This document shows, in pieces, positions 17,548 through 27,450 of a stretch of DNA of 64,000 bases. The notes under the pieces are model-generated. The model searched no databases and was not told the origin of the DNA. It saw only the letters and a list, made by a program, of their open reading frames with translations. The DNA lies in IMG/VR virus record IMGVR_UViG_2882682849_000004, positions 5,296 to 69,295 of that record, one strand, 5' to 3'. Within the stretch, counting starts at the first letter, position 1. Every line of letters starts with the position of its first letter. The stretch is from a virus (taxonomy: Duplodnaviria > Caudoviricetes). The translations under genes and the position numbers were made by a program.

Positions 17548-18114
17548 TCATTTATGTGTCAGATTATAAAGGATGGACGCTTTGCTTTCTGATTCCGAAC
17601 TTCCGGAAGTTCCGGAGCCGGATGCCTGGGCGGCGCCGCTCCCCCGGCTCCCGGTCCCTGATGTACCGGCATTTACGCCCGTATCCCCTCCCCTTATATA
17701 AGAGGACGGGATCGTTGTAACCTGTGAGGACACCACCGTCACTTTCTTAAGCCTCATCTGTATTTCCTTTGACGTCATGTTCTCAGCGTCTTTGGGGACT
17801 TTAAGAAAAGTAATGGCCATGTTTGTATAGGTATCCGTCCTTGTTGCGAGTGTCACCAGCCGCTTGGAAAAAAACAGGTTTTCAAGCTGCGCAACCACAC
17901 TCTCCACACGCCCTGTCCCATGGTTTTCCCATGTAACCGGCGTATTGGTCAGGTATCCGGTAAATTCTATTTCCATTGGCTTTACGCTGATATTGTCGGA
18001 CACCTCATATCCTGACTCTACCGCATATTCCGGCACCTCGGAGTTGTAAGTCCGGCTCTCGTTCAGCTGTGCGTCAAACTCTATCCCGTTTATGGAGCAC
18101 GGCTTTAAATTCAT
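17548..18114 (-). CDS. Dit-like / tail-tube initiator baseplate protein
   Basis: FDAQLNESRTYNSEVPEYAVESG..VSDNI motif right after tape measure. Confidence 0.75.
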   Translation of the reverse strand: MNLKPCSINGIEFDAQLNESRTYNSEVPEYAVESGYEVSDNISVKPMEIEFTGYLTNTPVTWENHGTGRVESVVAQLENLFFSKRLVTLATRTDTYTNMAITFLKVPKDAENMTSKEIQMRLKKVTVVSSQVTTIPSSYIRGGDTGVNAGTSGTGSRGSGAAQASGSGTSGSSESESKASILYNLTHK

Positions 18115-18132
18115 CCTTCCTGCCTCCTTCCG

Positions 18133-20016
18133 TCATGTGCCATACTTAAGGCCCTTGGCCAGCTGGTCTGTTGTATCCTCTGCGGATTTTGTTGCCGCCT
18201 TTGACATAGTTTCCGGATCGGTTCCGTTAAATGTGTTTTCAATCTTTACGTCCTGGCTGATGTTGTTAGTCCTGTTTCCGCTGCCGGCAGCATTAGCCAC
18301 CGTAGTATTCTGTACAACAGTACTTTTAGCAGATAAATCATCCACGCCGCTTATAAAATCGCCTATATCCCCGAAAAAATCTTTGACTGCCTGAAGTTTC
18401 GCTTTGACCTTATCTACAAAATCAGTCACCTTTTTTATGCACGCGTCAATTTTTTCACCAAAAAACGCGTAAATTGCGTTCCAAATTCCGACAAAAAATG
18501 ACTGGATCGCAAGTAAAATCCCCTCGAATATTTTTTGAATACCGGCCCAGGCTTCTTCCCAGTCTCCAGAAAAAACCCCTCGCAGGAACTTAATAATGCC
18601 TTGTAACACGAGAAGGAAACCCTTTATAATGCCGCCCAGCGCTGAAAAAATTGCAGAGAGTGCTTCTAAAATCTGGTCTCCCCATTTTTCCCAGAATTCC
18701 CGCAGTGCGCCGAATATTTCCACTGCCAGATTATAGAGAGCCCGAAAAATTTCCCCAAGGATCGTAAAGAGCTGGCGAAATCCGTTGGTAAGCTTTTCTT
18801 TAATTTCGTCACCATTTTTTACCCAGAATTCTTTCAGTTTCTGGGCAATCTGTCCGCCTGCGTTCTGAAGGGCAAGCCATACCTGGAGCAGGAAACCTTT
18901 TACCTTATTCCAGCCGACGATTATCCTGTCCCTTACCTCGTCTGCATCATAACCCATCTTTCCAAGGATCTCACCAACTACGCTGCCGTTTCCCTGCATA
19001 AAATTGACAAAATCCTCTGCAACAAGAGCTATCGCTGTTATCACTGCTATAATGGCAAGGATTTTCAAATTCGCCACGTTCAGCAGGCTCGTAAAGGATC
19101 TCATAAAATCCAGCACCTTTTTTCCATTAAAGGCAGCAAATGCAGCTACAGCCGCAATCGCTATAAAGCGGAAGACATTCTCAATACCCCCGAATTTATC
19201 TACCACCTTTACCGACATGTCCCTCGCTTTGTTCAGCCCGTTCATGGCGATATTAAAAGCCCTGGTCATGTATTTGGCCAGCGTCTTTGTAAGCCCTATG
19301 CTTGCATTTATATCATCCAGCCAGTAGCCCCAGCGGTTCCGGATATTTAAAAGCGCATCCGATATGCTGTAATCCAGGCCCCCGAATTTTGCGTCTATTT
19401 CATCCGCGTTTAAAATAAAAGCGTCTTTTAAGTCCGCAAGGCTGATCCTTCCGTCAGAGGCCATCTTCTCAAGCTGTTCTGTGGTGCTGCCAAGCTGCTT
19501 ATTCAGATATTCCACGGCCTCCGGCGATCTTTCCATGAGCTGGTTAAGTGTTTCCGTATCGACTTTTCCCTTGGCAAAGGATTTGTTGACTGCCTCCATG
19601 AGGCCGGCGATTTCATCATTGCTTTTTCCCGCTGTTTTAAACAGTTTTGTAAGAGTATCATTAAAAGCAACTGCCTCATCCACGCTGCCAAACAGTTCCT
19701 TGTTTTCCTGCACCAGGGCGCCCACTACTTTAGCTGTATCTGCATATGACATTTTTGTGTCATTGGCAGATTTCATAATCTTTTCCTGTATTTCCTTCTG
19801 GTTTCCAAGGCCGGCCGTGGCGCTTTTTATCTGATCATTGATACCGTTAAATTCTTCTGCCAGCGTATTCATCTGTGCAAGGGAAAAACCAATGCCCAGA
19901 GCTCCCAGCGCCTTTGCGGCAAAGCTTTTTACCGAGTTGATCTTTTTTTCTACCTCGTTCAGGGAGGACTCATCGACTTTAAACCCCATGGCCACAAATA
20001 ATTCCCGTACTGTCAA
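18133..20016 (-). CDS. Tape measure protein
   Basis: 627 aa, helical A/G-rich; tape-measure domain (SANDTKMSY...ETLNQLMERSP) and W/F-periodic repeats; TTG start. Confidence 0.92.
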   Translation of the reverse strand: MTVRELFVAMGFKVDESSLNEVEKKINSVKSFAAKALGALGIGFSLAQMNTLAEEFNGINDQIKSATAGLGNQKEIQEKIMKSANDTKMSYADTAKVVGALVQENKELFGSVDEAVAFNDTLTKLFKTAGKSNDEIAGLMEAVNKSFAKGKVDTETLNQLMERSPEAVEYLNKQLGSTTEQLEKMASDGRISLADLKDAFILNADEIDAKFGGLDYSISDALLNIRNRWGYWLDDINASIGLTKTLAKYMTRAFNIAMNGLNKARDMSVKVVDKFGGIENVFRFIAIAAVAAFAAFNGKKVLDFMRSFTSLLNVANLKILAIIAVITAIALVAEDFVNFMQGNGSVVGEILGKMGYDADEVRDRIIVGWNKVKGFLLQVWLALQNAGGQIAQKLKEFWVKNGDEIKEKLTNGFRQLFTILGEIFRALYNLAVEIFGALREFWEKWGDQILEALSAIFSALGGIIKGFLLVLQGIIKFLRGVFSGDWEEAWAGIQKIFEGILLAIQSFFVGIWNAIYAFFGEKIDACIKKVTDFVDKVKAKLQAVKDFFGDIGDFISGVDDLSAKSTVVQNTTVANAAGSGNRTNNISQDVKIENTFNGTDPETMSKAATKSAEDTTDQLAKGLKYGT

Positions 20017-20017
20017 T

Positions 20018-20287
20018 TTAATTCCTCTCTTCCATCATTTCTGCAGTTTTTGCCCTCTCAATGTCAAGGTCCATGCTGTACAACGCGTAAAGTTTCAGCG
20101 CCTCGTCCAGCGTATAGCAGCTCTTTAGTTCCTCCATGCTTGCAAGCCTGGCCTTAATTAGGATGTACATCCGCATTTCCAGCTCGCTGAAACGGCTTAC
20201 ATCAAGGGCGCCATACCGGGAAACGCCATCTTCTGGGCCATATCCGCTACTTTGCCAGATAGGTTCCCGAATTTCTCGAAAAAACCC
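20018..20287 (-). CDS. Tail assembly chaperone GT extension via predicted -1 frameshift
   Basis: Slippery G GGT TTT TTC (20278-20287) in frame with chaperone; -1 frame open to TAA at 20018 (…MYILIKARLASMEELKSCYTLDEAL…). Confidence 0.7.
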   Translation of the reverse strand, partial: GFFREIREPIWQSSGYGPEDGVSRYGALDVSRFSELEMRMYILIKARLASMEELKSCYTLDEALKLYALYSMDLDIERAKTAEMMEERN

Positions 20288-20712
20288 GCATAATTCACCT
20301 TTATCACGTGATATGCCAGGATAAACATATCCTGAGTATTCCCACAGAATATCTCATTGCTCAAATCCTCTGTAAGGAACTGTGGGTCCACCCCGGCTGC
20401 TGTCCTTACGCCGATATTCCCTGGGAGGAGAAGATCACGTAAGAGCTTTTCCACCTTATCCCCGGAAAGCGAAGAGAAAGCCCCTACGATATGCGGGGCT
20501 GCCTCTCCAATGTCCATATCCATCAAATGTTTTTCCCCGCCTGTCCCCACGACTGACGCCAACGACGCAAGCATTGGTGTCAGCAGGGCAGCGATTTCGC
20601 CGCTTATATTGGCCGATTTAAATGCTGGGAAGGGATAAATATAAAAAAGATTCCCTCCTACTGAGGCCTCTTTTGGTTCCATCATCTTTGAGATGTTCCT
20701 TGCCGTGTTCAC
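20197..20712 (-). CDS. Tail assembly chaperone (G-like)
   Basis: Position between tube and tape measure genes; slippery site. Confidence 0.78.
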   Translation of the reverse strand: MNTARNISKMMEPKEASVGGNLFYIYPFPAFKSANISGEIAALLTPMLASLASVVGTGGEKHLMDMDIGEAAPHIVGAFSSLSGDKVEKLLRDLLLPGNIGVRTAAGVDPQFLTEDLSNEIFCGNTQDMFILAYHVIKVNYAGFFEKFGNLSGKVADMAQKMAFPGMAPLM

Positions 20713-20725
20713 TCTTATTCACCTC

Positions 20726-21145
20726 CTATTCAATCTGGAAATCGGCCTGTCCGGTTTCCAGCGTCCACTCTTTATTCTGTCCTTCTTTGCCTTTTGTATT
20801 GGTAGGAAGCTTTGTTACCCACGCATTTATGGCTGAAAACTTTTCTTTTCCCGTCAGGTCATTTATCAGGATAGGGAAACTGCCGTTCCCGTCCTTTTTA
20901 TCCCTGTTGTATCTGTTCAGTAAATATTTATGCGTTGGGGACCCCATTTGGAGTGTCAGCTTCACACTAAACCGGGTGTTTGGATCAACTGAACGCACAG
21001 TCTCGCCGTCACACCCGGTCTTTGATGTTGTACCCTGGGAAATCTCTTCGATTGTAATAAAAGTATCCTCCGCATAGCCTGTTACCATATGGGTACCCAG
21101 CGCTGCTTTTACCATCGCAGGATTATATGTAAATAAACCGTCCAT
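20726..21145 (-). CDS. Tail tube protein (DUF3277-like)
   Basis: TYNPAMV...VTGYAEDTFITIE...GCDGE; follows sheath. Confidence 0.82.
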   Translation of the reverse strand: MDGLFTYNPAMVKAALGTHMVTGYAEDTFITIEEISQGTTSKTGCDGETVRSVDPNTRFSVKLTLQMGSPTHKYLLNRYNRDKKDGNGSFPILINDLTGKEKFSAINAWVTKLPTNTKGKEGQNKEWTLETGQADFQIE

Positions 21146-21163
21146 TGATTATCCATCCCTCCT

Positions 21164-22207
21164 TTAAAAAGTTAAATTCCCACGCAGCTCTGTCACATGG
21201 ATTGCACCTGAGAGTCTCGCTGTAAAATGGCAGTCTGTCAGCACCCTCTTTGCCCTCTGTTCTCTGCCAAGGCTTGCCGATCTGGGGACCGTTACCGTAT
21301 ATCCGCGCACAGGCTCGTCATTCTCATTATATTCTGTTTCGGAAATTCCTCCGGTTTTCTGCCCCTCTGCAAGAACCGCCTCCATCTGGTTTTCAACCAG
21401 TACAATCCCGGAATCTGTATACGGGATTTTAGGATTTTTAATAAAAAGCTCGTATATCTTTATCTGCATCCGGTTCTTTAGCCAGTCACGGAATCGTATT
21501 ACGTCAATCCATTCCCCTCCTGTCATATATCCATTCCGGGTAATGTTCCTTCCTGCACAGGCCGCATAATAATTAAGCCCCTTTTCCTCCAGCTGGCGCA
21601 TTTCACTGGTGGTTATTTCTGACGGATTCACACCTGACAGGGTTTTAAATGCCCATGTTTCACTTCCCGGGTCAAACGAAAATACTTTAGCCATCCATGC
21701 GATATGCACATACTTATTTTCAGAATAAATACCAAAAGACCTCATGTATTTTTTATCTGCAAGAGGATTTTCCTTATCCTGTACGGAAAATGCAAATATC
21801 TTTTCCGTACGTTCAATCAGTTCGGCAGTTTTCCTGTAATCTTCATCTTCTGCCCCTGCCAGCGCAAGGCCATACCACCCCGGCATATCGGCAGCTTTTT
21901 CTACCGCTGCGGAAAATTCTTCTGTATCGCCGCTTTCCAGTACGCTGCGCGCTGCAACGTATACTACCTGCGGTTTGGGTTCCTGGCCGAAAGCCGCAAG
22001 TGCGGCCTGGTATACTTCCTCTTTATCTTCCCAGCCTGCATATATTATTTCCTTGATGGATGCATATTTATCTGTATCCTTAAAATTCTTCCCTTTTTTC
22101 AGCGGCGCATCCCCCACTATGAGAATTACGCCAAAACTGGCCCCGTCCTCAACAGGAGCTTCGATAGATATATTGCAGTTGACTATGTTATCTAATATTT
22201 CACTCAT
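21164..22207 (-). CDS. Tail sheath protein (DUF3383-like)
   Basis: PGSETWAFKTLSGV, GEWIDVIRFRDWL, KIPYTDSG, FTARLSGAIH. Confidence 0.9.
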   Translation of the reverse strand: MSEILDNIVNCNISIEAPVEDGASFGVILIVGDAPLKKGKNFKDTDKYASIKEIIYAGWEDKEEVYQAALAAFGQEPKPQVVYVAARSVLESGDTEEFSAAVEKAADMPGWYGLALAGAEDEDYRKTAELIERTEKIFAFSVQDKENPLADKKYMRSFGIYSENKYVHIAWMAKVFSFDPGSETWAFKTLSGVNPSEITTSEMRQLEEKGLNYYAACAGRNITRNGYMTGGEWIDVIRFRDWLKNRMQIKIYELFIKNPKIPYTDSGIVLVENQMEAVLAEGQKTGGISETEYNENDEPVRGYTVTVPRSASLGREQRAKRVLTDCHFTARLSGAIHVTELRGNLTF

Positions 22208-22760
22208 TCTTTCCCTCCATTTCTACATCTTCAAAATACCCGGTGTCGCCTTCTTCATAAGGCGTCCCTGCCTCCGGCGCATATACGCCTATGCTCCCTT
22301 CCTGATATTCCAGTGTGCAGCGGATTGACAGCTCCAGCATGGCACGGTTTTTATACCGTGTTGACTCAAGCGCCGTCAGATCCCGTATAGGGCCCATCTG
22401 ACGAATACTGATGTTGGCCAGATACATTTTTTCCGCTCCCCGGTCAGACTGCACATATAAAAGCAGGGAGGTAAGATCTTCCTCCGCAGTATTCTCCATA
22501 CCCCTGATTTCCCCGGCCGTTTTCGTAACCCCCGGCGTGTATCTGTTTATCTCCAAAATCTTTTCACACTCATAATAGGAATATATCTTCCCATCCTTTA
22601 CTATATTGACCGGATGTACGGGAAGGCCGGTATCTTTAAGCTTAAGCGTTGTCAGGGGCGGCGGAGGCTGTGTCTGATACTGCTCGGCCCAGATTACGCT
22701 GCCTTTCATACGCTCCTGCACCATTTTTTTCAGCCATTCTTTCAATTCTGAAAAAGTCAT
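22200..22760 (-). CDS. Neck / tail terminator protein
   Basis: Position before sheath; VIWAEQ...PPPLTTL. Confidence 0.65.
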   Translation of the reverse strand: MTFSELKEWLKKMVQERMKGSVIWAEQYQTQPPPPLTTLKLKDTGLPVHPVNIVKDGKIYSYYECEKILEINRYTPGVTKTAGEIRGMENTAEEDLTSLLLYVQSDRGAEKMYLANISIRQMGPIRDLTALESTRYKNRAMLELSIRCTLEYQEGSIGVYAPEAGTPYEEGDTGYFEDVEMEGKNE

Positions 22761-23161
22761 TCCGTATCTTCACCGCCTCCCTCCCCCTTATCTTCCGGAA
22801 GTAACTGTATTTCCCGAATCTCACTCACAGGAATAAGGCCGAATATTGCTTCTGTCTGCCCCACGGGGGTATTCCCCCATATATCAGCACCGGTGCATTC
22901 ATACCACTGGCCCCGGTATAATAAACGGTCTGCCAGGGTTCCTGCGGCATCATCCGCTGTCTTTATCTCCACTCTGCCGATTGCTCTTATGTTCTTAGCC
23001 CTCCGCATGCCTTCCGGAAGTGCCAGAACTTCTGTGGATGAAAGCGGATGGACATTCAGCATTACTGTCCGGTCGCTGTACTTAGCGCATGGGTAGCTTA
23101 ATGTAAAATCCGTTTTTTCGAAAGACCGCAGCGTATACGGCTTCTTAAAAATATCAAGCAT
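22757..23161 (-). CDS. Head-closure / connector protein
   Basis: ADRLLYRGQWYEC motif; neck region. Confidence 0.65.
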   Translation of the reverse strand: MLDIFKKPYTLRSFEKTDFTLSYPCAKYSDRTVMLNVHPLSSTEVLALPEGMRRAKNIRAIGRVEIKTADDAAGTLADRLLYRGQWYECTGADIWGNTPVGQTEAIFGLIPVSEIREIQLLPEDKGEGGGEDTE

Positions 23162-23645
23162 CTTTATTCCCACTTCCTTTCTTTCGAATCAGGAAATTAA
23201 CCGAATTCTTCATCTGTCCGGTATCTATCAGCGGTTTATCCGATCCCTTCCGCCTTATAGTTGAGCGTTTATTGGGGGCAAAACTTCCCTGTTCAATCTC
23301 TGTCTGCATCAAATCCTTCTGAAAAATACCTATCGTTTCCAGTATTTTCCTTGCCGTGCCGCCGCTTAAAAGCACTTCCTCCTGGGCTTTCAGTATGTGT
23401 TCTATTTCCGCCTTATGCTTATCCACACTATCACGCATAAAGGGGCGGGACGGGATATGCTCCCCTCCATATTTGCCTTCCGTCCCCAGTTCGTTCCACA
23501 TGGCAATGTCCGTAAGATCCGTTCCGTTGTCTTCGGATGCTTTCCCCCTTTGAAATCCAATAACCACTTCCAGCTCTGCCAGCTCCCGGAGCTCCTTCAT
23601 AAGCCGCTCACCCTCAGGTGTCCACCTGTCTGTTACTTTGTCCAT
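23154..23645 (-). CDS. Neck / virion morphogenesis protein (HK97 gp10-like)
   Basis: IAMWNELGT..HIPSRPFMR, RRKGSDKPLIDTGQM. Confidence 0.75.
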   Translation of the reverse strand: MDKVTDRWTPEGERLMKELRELAELEVVIGFQRGKASEDNGTDLTDIAMWNELGTEGKYGGEHIPSRPFMRDSVDKHKAEIEHILKAQEEVLLSGGTARKILETIGIFQKDLMQTEIEQGSFAPNKRSTIRRKGSDKPLIDTGQMKNSVNFLIRKKGSGNKDA

Positions 23646-23649
23646 GGGA

Positions 23650-24081
23650 TCACATCCTCTGCATCCCAGAAATTGCGATTGGCAGGACGCAGCGCTTGCA
23701 GATATCAAGAAACTGCAGTCCGTAGGAGGTCAGGAGATACTCTGCGTCAGCGGAGGAAGATCCTCCGCTGGAACTGGTGGACGGATTGTTAAATGAAATG
23801 CTGGTGCTCCCCTCGCTAAAAGATGCTACATTCATGGTATCTTTTACGGATGTGGATATGGTGCTGTTTTCCTCCTCCTTTTTCACGGGCACATTCAGGG
23901 AAAGCTTATGTGCTGTCAGATAGGCAAGCGCCTGATGATAAAACTTCCCGTACACGCTTTCGCTGACATATGGTTCTGCCAGCTCCACCCATATCCTGAG
24001 TTCGTCTTCTCCTATCCCTTTATACTCCGGTGCCACAACTTCCAGGATGCCAATCACTTTCCGTATGGTATCAATCTTCAT
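23650..24081 (-). CDS. Head-tail adaptor (DUF4054-like)
   Basis: QALAYLTAHKL...SFSEGSTSISF...TSYGLQFL. Confidence 0.78.
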   Translation of the reverse strand: MKIDTIRKVIGILEVVAPEYKGIGEDELRIWVELAEPYVSESVYGKFYHQALAYLTAHKLSLNVPVKKEEENSTISTSVKDTMNVASFSEGSTSISFNNPSTSSSGGSSSADAEYLLTSYGLQFLDICKRCVLPIAISGMQRM

Positions 24082-24093
24082 AAGAGCTGCCTT

Positions 24094-24408
24094 CTAAGCT
24101 TTCTGTGCATCCTGGATCTTCTTTAATATGCCTGCTTCTGTTGTTGCATTGCCTATATCAATATTGTGTTCGGCGGCATAGGCAAGCAGTTCTTCTTTTG
24201 TCATATCCTGCAAATCCTTTTCCTGGACTGTTCTGGTTTCTTCATTGGTTTTTACATCATCCTCCACTTTGGCCAGAGCCCCCTTTGTAATGTATTTCCT
24301 GATTACAGGGTTATTTTCATAACCTTTCGGACATTCAGCCGTTTCCCCGGGCAGGAGGCTCAAGCCTGTCATCCCGACTATTTTGTTAGAATTATTTTTT
24401 ATTTTCAT
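24094..24408 (-). CDS. Small head-associated protein with C-terminal Rho-N/HeH-like motif
   Basis: DMTKEELLAYAAEHNIDIGNATT..ILKKI; follows capsid gene. Confidence 0.65.
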   Translation of the reverse strand: MKIKNNSNKIVGMTGLSLLPGETAECPKGYENNPVIRKYITKGALAKVEDDVKTNEETRTVQEKDLQDMTKEELLAYAAEHNIDIGNATTEAGILKKIQDAQKA

Positions 24409-24430
24409 AAGACATATCCTCCATATTTTA

Positions 24431-24462
24431 AAAAAAGCCCTCCGGATATCCGTAAGGGCTTT
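24431..24462 (-). terminator. Terminator after major capsid gene
   Basis: AAGCCCT-TACGGATATCCGG-AGGGCTT followed by T-run. Confidence 0.7.
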
Positions 24463-24476
24463 ATATAAATGAGTTT

Positions 24477-25505
24477 CTAAATTCCTTCTACAATAAGAGC
24501 TGACAGCGGATAATAAATAACCATTCCGGCTACCCTTTCCTCACAGGGGATTACAATTTCCAGCCCATTTTCCTGCAGCGTATGCTGTAAAAACGGCATG
24601 GGGATTTCCAGGGTCATTTTCTTTTCGCTGTTTGTATAAAGCAGCCCCACGTTGCTCCCGGTGGGGTTCATGTCCGTGGAATCCGCCTGCAGCTCATTAG
24701 CCTCCCTTATTTCTTTCAGGTACGGGGCATTGTCCATCAGGAATTTAAGGATTGTGGTATCCGTGTCGGGTATCCTCCTGGTTGCCAGATCAATATAGAC
24801 ATGGGCCGGCAGCACAAGGGTGTCCGGCTTTTCCACATTTTTGGTAATCTGGGAAACATACTTCTGCATGTTGTTGAGATCCTCCAAAATCTGGTCGGCA
24901 TTCTTGTAGCAGAATTCTGTCTTTTCCTCTCCGTCTACCATAACCGTGGAAAGCACAAACTTAGGGATGTCATTTTCTTCTGACAGGATGCCGATAAGGT
25001 TGTTTTCCTTGCTTCCCATCCATGCAAGCTTATTTATCAGGTAATCTGCCGCATATCTGGCCGACTCGCCCTTGCGCACATCCAGGGACTTGCCTGTCAT
25101 TTTGGATGCCCGCAGTTCCTGCACGGAGTATCCGTAACTGTCACCGATTGATTTCACATAGCCGGTAACGGGTTTCCCTTTTACATCTGCCCTGGGAAGA
25201 TCAGTCGCATAATTATTGATAATGGTGGCAAGGCCTGTACGGTCATAGCTGTAGTATGTAAACGACTCGGCCCCTTCCGGAACTTCATTGGAAACCGGGA
25301 ACAGGCTGAGCGCCGTCATTTCCGGATGTACGATGTCATAGGTCTGTGCTTTCACATAATCAAGTTCACGCGCGAAGAAAACACTTGCTGATTCCGTCCC
25401 GATACCGTCATTTCTCCAATTTCTCTTCAGGGTGCTGCATATGGTCCCGTTACGGAGAGCCGCTTCGTCAGCTCTGTCATAGCTTAAATGCCTGTTTCTG
25501 TTCAT
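24477..25505 (-). CDS. Major capsid protein (DUF2184-like)
   Basis: FFARELDYVKAQTY, GDSYGYSVQEL, PDTLVLP, YYPLS. Confidence 0.9.
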   Translation of the reverse strand: MNRNRHLSYDRADEAALRNGTICSTLKRNWRNDGIGTESASVFFARELDYVKAQTYDIVHPEMTALSLFPVSNEVPEGAESFTYYSYDRTGLATIINNYATDLPRADVKGKPVTGYVKSIGDSYGYSVQELRASKMTGKSLDVRKGESARYAADYLINKLAWMGSKENNLIGILSEENDIPKFVLSTVMVDGEEKTEFCYKNADQILEDLNNMQKYVSQITKNVEKPDTLVLPAHVYIDLATRRIPDTDTTILKFLMDNAPYLKEIREANELQADSTDMNPTGSNVGLLYTNSEKKMTLEIPMPFLQHTLQENGLEIVIPCEERVAGMVIYYPLSALIVEGI

Positions 25506-25520
25506 AAGTCATTTCCTCCT

Positions 25521-25991
25521 TTAATTAATGCGAATGGGGGCAATGCCGCCATCTTTTTCCAAAATAAATTTAGCCGAGAGAAGTACCTTTTCTGACTGGT
25601 CTTCTTCTGTGGTAAAGCGTCCTGCCTCATCACCGCTTACAATCAGATAAACAGGCTTGTCGTAGGCTGGCACTGCATTTTTCCCGACAACAGCCCAGAT
25701 TTTTCCCGTGCGCAGCACGCCCATGCTCTCCCCTTTCACAGGTACGGCGTTCCCCTGCATATCCTGCTGGGTGGTAAAACCGTTCTGCGTCACGCCTTCA
25801 AAATCCGCTGCTTTGCTGTCAGCGGCAGGAAGTTTGATATCACTTCCCGGCGTGGCGCCTTTTACTACGCCGTAGCCAAAGGGGATGCCGCCCGGTGTGA
25901 TAAATGTGTTGTTTTCGTAGTAAGTAATGTCATAAAGGCCGCCTGCAATGCCTTTGGATATGCCATAATTATAAGTTGTCTGTACTCCCAT
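25521..25991 (-). CDS. Capsid cement / decoration protein
   Basis: IPFGYGVV...FEGVT...MGVLRTGKIW; between protease-scaffold and capsid genes. Confidence 0.75.
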   Translation of the reverse strand: MGVQTTYNYGISKGIAGGLYDITYYENNTFITPGGIPFGYGVVKGATPGSDIKLPAADSKAADFEGVTQNGFTTQQDMQGNAVPVKGESMGVLRTGKIWAVVGKNAVPAYDKPVYLIVSGDEAGRFTTEEDQSEKVLLSAKFILEKDGGIAPIRIN

Positions 25992-27353
25992 TTATTTTTT
26001 TCCTCCCATCCTCGAAATCATTTTTTCCCTTGCAGATGCTGCGGAATTGGTATCCGCCGCATCCGTATTCAGTTCTTTTCCGGTACCGGACATCATGCTC
26101 CGCCTCTGGTCATCCGTTTTCTTTCTTCCGGCAATCCCCTGTTTTGCAATGTCATACGCTGCTCTGATGTAGGCATCTGACTTGCCGTCCAGATTGAGCT
26201 TCGGGCTGAGTTTCTTGATTACCCTTTTGCGGGCCGAGGTAAGATCAAGGTTCTCAATGCCGTCCAGGCTGAGCTTATCCGCAGTCCGGCATACATCCAT
26301 GTAATCCCTTAAGCGCTTTTTGACAATCTTATCAATGGAATCCGCATTCAGGGCTTTTCCTCTCTCATCATCCTGATTAAGATCCTCCCCGTCAGCATTA
26401 TCTTCCGCTTCTCCTTCATCTAGGTTTTCTTCAGGATCTCCTTCGTCAGCATTAATATCACTCTCTCCGTCTGCTGCCGCAATGTCATTGGCTGCCTGAA
26501 GCTCATCAATTACTTTAAGCAGGGCTTCGATATCGCTTTCCTGCTCTGCAATCACTTCCTCTGCATCCAGCTGCTCTGTTCCGGAATCCCTGCGGTCTTT
26601 CCTCTCCTTTACCTGGCTTATTACTTCGTCCGCATCCAGCTTCACCTCTTCTTCCTCATCTTCATTCCCTGTACCCTGCTGCGCTCTGAAAAGGGCAATT
26701 GCTTGGGCAAGCTCCTCCGGCGTAAGGTCGCCATCATACCTGCTGTTTTTTCCTTTTGCTTTTACTTTTGCCATCACTGGTCCTCCTTTTAAATATTTTT
26801 TCTTTTTAACATCTCTGTGGTCTATATTCAGCCTTGCACGGTTGCCTGCTCTGGCATCGCTGACCAGGGCAAGATGGTTAATCTCAATATCGTGCTGTAT
26901 GGCATCATATTTCTGGCCTTTATATACTCCAGGTACTTCCTCCGGGTTCTGGCTGTACCCTAGGGAAAGCTCCCTGAGCCCGCAGTTTTTCATGGCATCC
27001 GTATTATGGATTATTATTTTGCATCTGACACACTCTCCATCACGGTACCCCTTGCTGAGTATGGTCCCTATCTGCTCCTGATGGACGTTGTCCTTGTTAA
27101 TTTCTTCCGCATCATGGGTTATGATAATAGGCTTCCCCTCATAACTGGCAAGGCTTTTTTCGTCAAATACATCTTCCGGAAGACGCAGCTCCCGGCGTAT
27201 GCCGTCACTGCCGGCCTCAGGGTCTGCATATTCGAAAATGCCGCAGCGCGTCACCACTGGATGGTCTACCAGGTACCCTTCCTCTGTATAGTAGGTCTGA
27301 TCCATCTTGATGCTGTCCATCCGGAAAGTTCTTTCCTTCTTTTTGTTACCCAC
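25992..27353 (-). CDS. DUF2213 prohead protease/scaffold
   Basis: EEGYL...TRCGIFEY, YEGKPIIITH, RELSLGY, INHLALV..ARAG; acidic scaffold C-terminus. Confidence 0.88.
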   Translation of the reverse strand: MGNKKKERTFRMDSIKMDQTYYTEEGYLVDHPVVTRCGIFEYADPEAGSDGIRRELRLPEDVFDEKSLASYEGKPIIITHDAEEINKDNVHQEQIGTILSKGYRDGECVRCKIIIHNTDAMKNCGLRELSLGYSQNPEEVPGVYKGQKYDAIQHDIEINHLALVSDARAGNRARLNIDHRDVKKKKYLKGGPVMAKVKAKGKNSRYDGDLTPEELAQAIALFRAQQGTGNEDEEEEVKLDADEVISQVKERKDRRDSGTEQLDAEEVIAEQESDIEALLKVIDELQAANDIAAADGESDINADEGDPEENLDEGEAEDNADGEDLNQDDERGKALNADSIDKIVKKRLRDYMDVCRTADKLSLDGIENLDLTSARKRVIKKLSPKLNLDGKSDAYIRAAYDIAKQGIAGRKKTDDQRRSMMSGTGKELNTDAADTNSAASAREKMISRMGGKK

Positions 27354-27425
27354 CTTTTTCCACCTCCTTTCCTGCAATACAAATGGCACAACAGACACCG
27401 CCAGGCTTAGCGGGTCAGCTTATGT

Positions 27426-27450
27426 AAAAAAACACCGTTATCCGGTGTCT
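27426..27450 (-). terminator. Terminator after GNAT gene
   Basis: Minus strand ACACCG-GATAA-CGGTGT-TTTTTT. Confidence 0.6.
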
